Program-made: the position numbers and the translations under genes | Part shown: in pieces, positions 1 to 10,776 of the stretch | Position numbering within the stretch: position 1 is the first letter of the stretch | Layout of the letters: the number at the start of each line of letters is the position of its first letter | Notes under the pieces: generated by a model | Database searches by the model: none | Told to the model about the DNA's origin: nothing | What the model saw: the letters and a program-made list of their open reading frames with translations, nothing else | From: Trichosphaerium sp. ATCC 40318 | Taxonomy: Eukaryota > Protista > Tubulinea | Direction: 5' to 3' | NCBI GenBank assembly: GCA_038496445.1 | Contig: JALMLS010000253.1 | Coordinates: 118,298 to 182,297 of the forward strand | DNA length: 64,000 bases

Positions 1-3000
1 TTAGCTTACTATGGTTTTTTCTGTATACCCTCCATGCATATTCTGCTTGAGGAGTACCGTACATGCCTTTACCATACCAACCTTCATCTAACCGCTGCAG
101 AGAAGCGAATCCTGTACTACAAATTTTAAGAGCAATGTCAAGTGAAGTACAATGCCAGAAAGGTACAAGAGTTGCATTAGTTGCTACGAAACAAAGTAAG
201 CATAAACCAATCTAACGTTGTCCTACCTTTTGCGCTACTTGATCGCATGTGCCATTTACGTAACCTCTCTATGGCAGTTGTACGAGCCACAAGTTCTTCT
301 GGTGTTGATTCGTCGGGCCTAATAAGATATCAGCCAAGTAAGTATGTTCAACAAGCTAACCATTTTGGCTTAAAAGCATCTTTGAAATGTCTTCCATGTA
401 GCTTTTTAAGCTCGCTTTTGAATTGTTTAAGGTGTTCACCATTTATAACAGCGATGATGTCTTTCACAGCAAAGAGTTCTTCTCCTAGAGTAGTACGGAG
501 TAGTTTCATTAAGCTGTCATATTCCTTCACATACATTAATAGTTTTTTTAATTCTCTATTACCTCTGTAAATGTACTACGCTTTATGACCATACTCTTGA
601 AGCTCTGACTTTCATCTAGGGCCCATTTTATACTCTTCATTCTTGATGAAAACTCGTAAGGGCAGTGCTTGTTCCCTAAATGACATCCAACTTCCACATT
701 GCCACAACGAGGACAACTAACTATTTCCACTTGTTCAAGAAAGAATCCACCAGTTCGGCATTTGCTACAAATAAGTGGAAGCCTTTATTGCGAAGAGTCA
801 ACATGGAGAAACGACTGTTTAGGCGGACGTACTTGGCATTGACAAGGTTATTATCTTCCAAGTGTTTAATCACCTTATACCATTTGTTATTACTACTCAT
901 GACACGTGCGTTTCCGAAAATATACAGCCCACATTTGGCCCTAGATAGACCAACACACATACGTTGCTCAGAGGATAAGTATCCCAAAGCCTTGCTGCGT
1001 ACCTAACAAAAACGTTCACTCATTAGGAACAAAGAAGAAAACGTACCAAAGACACAATAATGTACTCGTTTTCTTCTCCCTGGAACCTATCAATCGTTTG
1101 AACGTTTATATCATTCAGCTTCATATTGTTGCGTTTGAGCCTCAAAATCCTGACCTAAAAGCAGTGTTGGAAGAATCCAGTATTAAGACTAACCTGTCCA
1201 AGGTATGCTCCCAAAATTGTGATTGATGTTTGTTTTACACCATTACCAACCATCCAATTTGCAAGAGTGAGAACTAACTCAGCTTCCTTTACGTTTTCTT
1301 GGCTACGACTTCCAGTTGAGTTTTTTTCTTTATGATTGTGTGATAAAAAGAACAGAGAAGGCTCAACACACGTGCTCCTTGAGTTAGTTGAAACCTGTCG
1401 CCAGTCAGATGAGTTTTAAGAGAGCATTAGTACCCTTGGGCTGTCCTTCAAGTGCGGATATATTCCTGCAACACGAAGTAGTTCTGCAAACTCAGGACGC
1501 ATTCTATTTTGTTGTCCAAGTACAACAAGAGGAGCTAAATTGTTTACTAGACGCTCAAAAATAGATACATCAAAGTTGTTATTTCTCTTCAAATGATGCT
1601 CTTCTAAGTTTGGTCTCAATTGCTTGTGATCACCTGTTATTAAAGTTAATGCAGTTACCACGTGAACAAATGAGAGTTAATTACCAATTAATATTATGTG
1701 CTCAAGTGTAGGTTGCAGAGTAGCAATGAAGTTTGACTCTAACACTTCTGCTGCTTCTTCAACAATCAATACTTTTGGCTCTATCATAGCCATCAATTCG
1801 ACATTCAATGCAAATCCCGTAGTTGTCATTCCAATAATAGAAGAATCTTCAAGGATTTGCTCGTGAATTTGTCTCTTCAATTGTGCATGATCTTCTTGAG
1901 CTTCTTCGTATGCTTTGATTAACTTAGTAGATTTTTCTTTGGCTTTTTGCAGAAACCTAAAAAGCGAGTTAAGTCAATAAACTTAAGCGATGTTCCTTAC
2001 CTTGCTTTCCATATTGTAAATAGACGAATTCGTTGCTCCATATGCAAGTCTGTTAGATCATCTGTTGTTAATAATATTGAGTCTTTTGCACCATTGCTTT
2101 TAACGTTCACAGATAGATTCGAGAGTCTTACACGTCTGTAGTCAACATGAGTTCTACGAGCAAGTTGCCTGTGTTTTTCGATTTCTTCAACTTCTTCTTC
2201 ATCTATTTCTTCATGATCTTCCTTAGTTTTGAGATCATTCATATTAGAACTAATATACATCATTGTTTGAGTCGAAAAACCGTTTTAGTAAGACGCACTT
2301 TGGAGTCACGTGTGGTGATTGACTTTTTAAAATTTTCTTCAAACGTTTTGCAGGAATCCATTGTTTGAAGCCTTCAAACAAAGCGTTTCGCGTATTTTTC
2401 GTCAGATGATCTCTATCAACATCACCTACACTTAACTGCACAGTTGCGAGACTTCGTTTTTGTGCTATCGAAGCAGAAACCATAAAAATATCAAAATTTG
2501 AAGGGCTGGATAGCTTGTTAAAGTTAGTGGCAATCTTGGTCTCCAAAGTTCGTAGTGTATCTTTTGTGTTCATATAATCGCTGTAAATATCACGATCCAC
2601 TTTTCTAGAACTGAACAGAGATGTTTCCTTCTTGTATAGCATGTACGGTTCAAGAATCGGAAGCTGACAACTAAGCAAACATAAGTATTTTCAAAAGTAG
2701 AACTCATACCGTCCTCCAATACGCGTCATTGCCTTACAAAACTTTAAGCACGATGAAAGAAATTGATCCAAGCAGTGATTCTTGTAAGTTACAACAACAA
2801 CAGGGCCATCAGGATTAGCACTTAAGATCATCTCTGTCAACTTCAACGCAACATATGTCTACATAAAGAATAAACATTCTTGTAGCACGTAACCAAAAAT
2901 TTTAGTACTACCTTTCCAGCGCCTGGAGGACCTTGTATGAGAGCGATAGGATTTTTCATTACATTGGCTATAGCTTCAAACTGTGTATCATCTACCAACG

Positions 3001-5076
3001 TGCTAAACTACTTGTTAAATCTATTACATTAATAAAGTTATACCAAACGTGTTTATAGCTTGGAAGCTGAGATGAACGAATAATCATTGAATGCCCAGTG
3101 AGAGGTTTTATGTCTACTACACCTAAGTACTCAGGTATCTTTTCGTAAAATACACCTATGGGATTTATTATTTTCTAGTAGTACTACTTGAAACAACTTA
3201 CCATCTACAAGAGACTCTGAGAAAGGTAAACTATCAGAGGAGAAATCAAGCAATCTTTTCAGTACGGGCTGATATGCTCTGTAATATGCTGGACTTTCTA
3301 CCATAACAGCATTCTTCCATTTTGACATAGTTTCCAGGGCTTCATACGTGTCCATTTCTTCCACTTTGACTAGTATCGTATCCTTTTCTATCACGCAATT
3401 GACATTAGATTTTCCTACAAGAACAAAGAAAAGTACGTACTTGGGTCTGGTTCCTTGTTTATTACTGTAGCATAGACGACATTATCATCAAAAGTTCCAC
3501 TTCCAGAAAAACATAACAGGTTCCCTTGCATCAAGCTTCTTCCCTTTCTCCAATCTTTGCGTGCTTTGTGCGCTTTAGCTGTTAAGGCAATACCATATCC
3601 GCGACAATGAGGAGCAAAATATACACCAGCAAGGTTTACGTTTGTAAATACTTTAATATCACGTGGATCATATTCCTATTTTTTAGCGTAAGTATATACC
3701 TGTATACTACTAATGTCAAGTCATACGGCAGCAAGAATATTCTTCATGCCACGTGCAAGTGCAGTGAAGCAATCAGCTCGAAGTAATCGAAAATATGTAT
3801 CCAAATATTCATCGGCGTCGTCATAAGGCCCACTTGTTTTCACAATAGGTAGAGGCGTTTCTAAGATCGTCTCTTTGCCAATAAATTCTTCTAATAGTTG
3901 GAGTTAACACCACAACGGATAACAAAAGGACAGCTGAAATACCTTGAGCTGGAAATAACGACAGCTCGTGCCATTCCAAAAGTGACACGTGTTGAGTTGG
4001 AAGAATAGCCGAAACTAAATATTCAAGAACCTTGTTACCGCTTTCAGTATCAAGGCTCACCAACATCTCAAACAAAGGCATCACATTCCTGACATACTTG
4101 GGACAGTACTTTGCGAAAAGACCAAGAAATTCCCATAAATATTCTAACTCGCCACCCTGCTCTAATAAAGCAGCGTATGGATATACTGAGGATTGACTAA
4201 GCAGTGAACTATCTACTGTCGCTAGACCTTCAAAGAGTTTACTTCGTCTAAAAAATAATAGTGGTGAGCCTGATTCAACCAGCTGTACAAGTACCTTGAT
4301 GTGTCCTTTATTATTTGGAGCATTATAAAACATTTTCTTAGTACTATTGCAGTGACGGCAGAGTTCCATGATTTTGATACCATAAAGCCTTTCCAGACGT
4401 GCGGGAACTAGTGACATTAACAAAGAAAAAGAGGATACGGTGCATAAGAGGTGGTTACCTGAGTGATTAATGAAAAAACTTGAAGAGGTGTCTTTTTCAT
4501 GAGGATATTACCGAAAGCTCTACAATCTTCAGCGGCCTGGCAACGCACCCAAGTAAGAGATTTAGCCCAAAAAGAGCCCTTGTGTTCTCGGTAACTACCG
4601 CTGATGATATTTCCTTTTTGGAGTAACTCACGTAATAAAGCTAAAGCGACAGGATCCAAAACATTAAAATTAGAAGCCCTGGAAATAAAAAAAAATAATT
4701 AAAAAACACCAAACAAACCTTTGTCAAGAAAAAAAATCACGTGCCTGAACTTAATTTCGACTGTACTATCGTTCAAAAGAACGAGTTTGCCGAATAAGTC
4801 GTCATTTTGTTTGTTCAAGACGATGACTCTCCCTTTATTGAAATCTACGTTCGTCGACCTCTTGAAAGGTGATTTAAGCAATGGAGGATCGAACTTGTTC
4901 TGTTTCACTTTGTGATATGCGTTCGGCTTTTTTCCTTGCTTGGCGCTGTTCCCTTTAATACCTTTCTTGGCGTTTCTTTGCTTATTGGAAGCCTTTGGAG
5001 CCTTTGAACGCTTTGCGTTACGCTTACGATTATTGCGCTTCTTTGGAGGCGGTTTATTAGGTTGTCGCTCTGCCAT
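1..5076 (-). CDS. ZNFX1: ZNFX1-like Upf1/SF1 RNA helicase with Cys-rich segment and C-terminal PARP-like ADP-ribosyltransferase domain (multi-exon, 3' end outside window)
   Basis: Spliced exons give Walker A IALIQGPPGAGKT (~2912-2950), VVTYKNHCLDQFL, IIGMTTTG..VLIVEEAAEVLE..ILIGDHKQLRP, TIDRFQGEENE and RMCVGLSRAKCGLYIFGN, all typical of the ZNFX1 helicase. Then LICSKC..CPRC..C..HC. Exon 10-183 reads FWHCT..ICSTGF..DEGWYGKGMYGT..EYA (PARP-type). Confidence 0.88.
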
Positions 5077-5252
5077 GAGATAACCTTGCTCTCAGAGACT
5101 TAACTACACTACGGCGTCAAAAACAATCAAGAATAGTTTTGACATTTTGAAGCTGTCAAAACCAAGCCTGATAATTTTTTGTCTGATACTAATCTATCCG
5201 TAAGTGTACTTTTTCTGTTACTTACTTCTTTGCATTCCCTTTATATATCTTA

Positions 5253-6143
5253 ATGATTGCAACAACAGAAATTAAACCAACGCTGAAGAGCATGAAACCA
5301 ACCAAAAAGCAAAAAACAGCCAAAACACTGAAGTTAGCTCAATATTTTTATTAGAGCTAGCCTTGCTTTATATGTAGTTTACTTGTTCTTTAACTACTTC
5401 TTGCAATTTCAGAGAAACGCTCCAACTTAAAGTGCTAGCGAATAACAGCCTAATATACTGGAAAACCAGATTTCTTACCATGTAAACAAAGGTCAACTAT
5501 TTTCAACAAATTAAGAGAAGAATTGGAATGTAAACAACCTCAGATTACAATGTTTGGTAAGAAGGTTAATATACCTCGCTTACAGCAATGGGTGGCCGAT
5601 CCAGGTAATACTTCATTGTCAGCAAGAAATACCACGAGGCTCAGTTTTTCCTCTTTTTTTCGTTCTTTTTGATTGATAGTTTTCTATAGGTGTTAAAGCG
5701 GAGTTATTTCTGAAAACAACACAACTACCTTGGTTTCCAGAGATTTTAGAAATCAAGAAACAAATTGAAGGCATTCTAGACTTTAAATTCGATTGTTGTT
5801 TGATACAACTGTACAAAAATGGAAAAGATAGCAATGGATACCACAGTGATCGTGAAGCAAATCATAAAGTAACTTACAATACCTCTATAATAACAACTTC
5901 ATAAATATGGTATTGTATTAATCATACGTTTAGGGAAAGAATGTAATTGCATCTGTATCTGTGGCCACAAGACGTTTTGTTTATAAGGATAATTATGATA
6001 AAAAGAATTAAGTTGAGTATAAGCTTATATCAAGTAGCTTGATTGTTATGGCAGGTGATACACAAAAGCACTGGAAGAACGCTATCCTCAAACAACCTAA
6101 AATAACAGAACCAAGGAATAATCTAACGTTCAGAAAGTCTTAA
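5253..6143 (+). pseudogene. AlkB-family (ALKBH2/3-like) 2OG-Fe(II) dioxygenase, apparently disrupted
   Basis: Motifs MFGKKVNIPRLQQW, FDCCLIQLYKNGKDSNGYHSDRE, IASVS, SLIVMAGDTQKHWKNAI and EPRNNLTFR. There is a +1 frameshift at ~5462-5465 (ggaaaacc), an in-frame TAA at 6009-6011, and the distal Fe-ligand His of the usual WKHAI reads Asn. Confidence 0.8.
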
Positions 6144-6416
6144 CATATTCAATGTACATTAGGTATGCTATTTAATAAAAGTATGCTTATACGCTTTGAG
6201 GTTTCTCGTGGACGACAAACATTCTGGAGAAGTCATGTTGTTGCTGTACTAGGCGAAAGAAATTGGTATCAAAAGTGCAAAATGACAGCTAAAACACGTG
6301 CTTAAAATACTAGACAGTCATGATGGCATTCAGGTTTCACTTGTAGCGATTTATGATAAAGGTACATTTTATTTCTACATTGCAAAGCACGTGATGTGCA
6401 TTGTTGGTTATACGTT

Positions 6417-9400
6417 TTAGCACTGGCTATTTCCTATGATTGTAATGATAGTTACAAGAGGGAATCCAGAATCACCTGATCCATTTTGTTGACTGAAAGG
6501 TGTTGATACAATAGTAAGATCCACTTCATCGTTTTGAGAGTCACAAATAGGATTAGCGTCCAAAGGCAAAGATATACTCGCAGGCACATTAACATTTCTA
6601 TTGTATCAAACGTCAGAGTGAGCAAAAACCATTAAAATGAATCGAATCGTGGACTTACACTGAAATTGGTGATCCTGCTCCGCTTATGTCAAACTTAACT
6701 GATCCAACTGGACCTACTACAGATGCTTCGATAGTTATACTTGCTGTTTGAACAGCAGTAACGTTGATAATATTCCCATTGAATAATGCTTCTTTCAAAA
6801 CAGTTGTTCCACTTAACAATTTGATACTTGGTACTGTAGAGCAAGAAGCATCTCCAGAAACTGGTGCAGAAAAAGCATCATCTGGTACAGAACCATCCGT
6901 ATTCCGCCTGATAATCTCGGCCATTGTAACTTGACGTACTTCCTCAAGTTCCTCTAGAGAAAAGGTTGTTAGATTATCAAACCGCTATAGGGTCTTCTGT
7001 AACTTGGTTTCGTACGTTGAGTAAGACCAGGCTCATTTACACCTGGTAGATTGCCAAAAGAAGGTAGTCCCTCATACCAGAACCTATCGCCATCTCTAGC
7101 ACGTCTGAACTGATCAAGAAGAATTCTTGATGATGTACGACCAAGTACTGATCCTATTTCTCTCTTTTCAGCCATCGAAGCAAACCATGGATCCAAAGCA
7201 GAAAGTTTCTTGTATATCTTTAAAAAGTAGTAAGTACGGCATGCTTCAATCGTCTCATTCATCGATGCGTACCTCTCTTGTGTTTGTGGCTAAGTTTGGT
7301 ACGTCAGGGAATTGATCAAGCCATGATTCGAAACAAGCAAGATCGTCAATTTCTGACTGAGGAGTGGAATTACAAGTATCATATAAACTCTTTGTCCCAG
7401 GAACCAATGGATTCCAGCTCTTGAATACAGTTTCGAAATCTGGTACACCATTATCACGTGCACGTGCCATGTTCAAAGATACAACATCTGAAATAATCAT
7501 TAGTAGAGCAAGACGGTGTTGAAGCGGCGTAAAAAACTGTAACGTGTTGCGTACCAATGCCGGTATTTGATTCTGTTGGAATGTTGAAGTTTCGTAAAAT
7601 ATCTGAGACCATGTGATCAACTTCCTCTATTGGTGTGTACAAGATAGCACGTGCAATATTATCTAAAGTGCCACCAGCACAAGCCTTTCAAACAAACAGT
7701 GAAAAAAGACAAACGTGTGAACAAGTCACTTGACTTTTGGAAAGAAACAACTAGGGAAAGCAGGTAAATATAGTGTACCATTCTTAATGGGAAGACAGGT
7801 CCACCGTTTCCTGTTCCTTGTATAAGAATACCTCCCCACCCCAGAGTACTATCGAGGTTGCCACATTTATCGACTGTAGGTGTTAAATCAAGGATAGCAG
7901 AATGGCCGTAACGTGCTGAAACAGCGCTGAAAAGAATGGAAACACGTGGATCGACAGACGGTTTGTGTCCATGCCACTTTCTAGAAAAATGGTAAGAATA
8001 CCAAAGTAGGAAGCTTGTATTACCCAACGTATCTGGCCATTTGATAGTCTCCAATGAGCTTAGGTAACCACTCGTTGTAAACAACGTGTTGATATTGAGC
8101 TATGTTCAAAGTTCTTGCTTTTTGGAATAACTGCTCATCAGTCCAAGAAGGGTGCTTTAAAAACAATGTCAAAAAAACAAAAAGGAGAATCAGTTAAGTT
8201 GATTGCGTACTTTGGCTTTTTGTTCTTTTGCAAGTCTATTGTGTTCAAGGTGCATTATATGATGTACTGAATTAAGCCCCTGTTGGGAGGACCCTCTTTC
8301 ATCTCCACTAGTAAACACAGTCTCTAAAGGGTCGCCAGTATGTGTTCCTGCGACAATTGGTGTCTCTAAAAACAGCGATTAACAAAAGAATTAACATGTT
8401 TGATGGCTAACGTGTCGTTACTACGCTTGGCATAGTATTAAATAGCTTCCTTCTTTCTGGATTTTCCACGCCAACTCTAGGGTTATCAGGATTATAAGCG
8501 GAGGTCCATTCATGATCTTCTACAATCATTTCACCGCCAACATCTGAAAGGGTTTAGTACGCAGAGAAAAAAAGCAGATAGCAGCTACAAGCAAACAAAC
8601 GCTACTCTCCTAAAATGGCGTTCTGTATTGGTGTTGTAACGTACTTGTTCTGAAGGCGTCTAAGTATGTCTGGTTGTTCCAATAAACAGTTGAAAGGTCA
8701 AGATATGGTGTTTGTTGGTTTAAAGGATCTCGTACACCATCAACAAACACTACTTTTGATTTTCCAATACTTATAGGCGTTTTAAAGGTTACGTTGGTCT
8801 TTCTTCTAAATGGGGGGAAAGCTAAAACGAGAAAAAGTAAATACAACTCATATTTTTGGAAGAGGTAAAAACCGAGAAAAAAACTTCTTGTTCTTGGTCT
8901 ACACAATCACAATGAGAATAATTAACTAACGTACGAAAGAAAAGAAACGGATCATCGTCGCGCACGATAAGCGTATCCATATTTTCGGGAAGATTAGGGT
9001 TAGAAATTGTATCGAATTTGCTGGTCTAAAAAAAGTTAAAAATAGATCCCATATTGAATCTATTTTGTGAAACAAAAACATTTTAAAAGATTAACTTTAA
9101 AAAATGATCACGTGATTTAAAAATTTAAAAAGATCTTCGAACTGAATAGATAAAAAGGCCGTTGATGAAAAAAAAAGCCTACATAAACGTACTAGGGTCA
9201 TATCGTGCATAATGAACTGCCCAAAGAACGTATGAAAAAGATTTATCCTCTTGATGTTTAATTGAGCTCTTGGGTTTTGTGGCTTACCAAGAAGCCCTAG
9301 AGTTACATCTCGTACTCTAGGTCTTCCATTAAGTGTCGGTGTTTCGAAAGGAGGCGATGTATCGTTGTAACCAACGCCCTCTTTTGTTCGTAACATAACA

Positions 9401-9558
9401 GTGTTAGGAGTTCCCAGTGTTGGGTTCGCTAAGTTGTTACAATAGCCGTCTATAGACCTCAGCGTTAGGTCTGATCCTGTACATACAGTAGATAAAACGC
9501 TAGACGAGAATAGCGATAATACTACTAGCAGTGTGATAGATGAGTAGTTGTTATGCAT
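6417..9558 (-). CDS. Secreted animal-type heme peroxidase (peroxidase-cyclooxygenase superfamily) with extra C-terminal beta-rich domain
   Basis: Signal peptide, then RSIDGYCNN, FGQFIMHDM (distal His), NQQTPYLDLSTVY, GDER..HLEHNRLA, RYGHS (proximal His), DVVSLNMARARDNGVP and DQFRRARDGDRFWYE. Stop TAA at 6417-6419. Confidence 0.92.
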
Positions 9559-10299
9559 TGGATGATGTGGGAATATGGAAAAGAATAGAATTTTCTATCC
9601 AAACACTGAAAACACAACATCGAACAAAAATAAAACGCGCGCTAGCGGCGTGAAAATTGAGCTCAACCGAAACAGTCCTCGAAATAGCTTAAAGAACACA
9701 TTGGAGAAAACTGCAAAGCTGTACACAAACTTGACGGCATGGCGTGTAATTTTCTGACAACGTACGAACAGCAATAATATCCAAACATACAAAGATGTAA
9801 GATAATACAAAGTCTGATATTATCAAATAATAACAAAGTGCACAGGTAGGTGCTTTTCTAATGAAGTTTATTTATTTTTAAATCTCCATATTAATCACTC
9901 TAATAACACTTGTATAAACTACTAGAAGGTCGAACCTATAAAAAAAAAAACCGTTAAACACGTCAGAGTTTTGAGCCAACGCACAAACAATTTTCTGAAA
10001 ATTTTAAGAGTTGTTTTCTGACACTACATAATACCTACAACGTTGCCACGTGTTTTTTTAACTATTTCTAGGTGGCACTCTTATTTCAAAAAAAGCACCA
10101 CACTATTGTGGTATTGCTTTGAGCGTATTTCTACGCGTGTAGCAAGGTAATAGCTTCGCCCTATTTAAATCAGCCCCAAATTTGTTTAAAAAAGCCTTTG
10201 TACGCGTATGCTAAGCGCGCCCTCGCGTATGGAACGTTAATTCAACGGTTTCGTATATATTTTCTTACACGCCTGTGAATGGTGAATCTAGCAAATCAC

Positions 10300-10675
10300 A
10301 AACGGAACAAAGGGATTTATTTCTCCTTTTTTTTCGACCTGAGGCAGATATATTACAACAAGTTGTTGATGTGAATAATCTTGTTATTGCTATTGGCCAA
10401 TTTGACTCAGCGCAAAAAGAGCAGGCTTAGTAGTTGTTTTGGGAAATGGTAATTAGCTACTCTGCGAAGGGAGCTCACTGCATTTTGAAACTGCACGTAA
10501 CCCTGAGTTGTAATGATTGTGGTACCCTCTGCATTGAAATTACATTTATTGCCGGACATTTTACATCATACCTTGGCTAGACTATTTGCCCCTTGTACCT
10601 TGACCCAGATACTATTTATTACTCTTATTGGCCAATACGTTATTGATTCATCACAGGCTAGCTTCTTTTTTTAAT
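10300..10675 (+). other. Candidate structured non-coding RNA in intergenic DNA
   Basis: More GC-rich than its flanks, no long ORF, TATTGGCCAAT at both ends (~10392 and ~10627) able to close a long stem, and ends in a T7 run. Confidence 0.25.
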
Positions 10676-10776
10676 TCTGTTTTTTTTTTAATGTATTTTT
10701 GTTTTACAAATATGTGCTATGTTCGAATAGTGTAATTTTTTTTTGTTGCTGTTTTGCTGTCAGTTTTTTTATTATT

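Noticed and set aside
548-987. Apparent programmed frameshift between overlapping ORFs 721-987 and 548-730
   Set aside because: A GTACGT..AAAG intron (~783-832) joins the frames normally.
6009-6011. In-frame TAA in AlkB as evidence of stop-codon reassignment
   Set aside because: TAA terminates many intact genes here, and the same gene has a frameshift and other lesions, so pseudogenisation is simpler.
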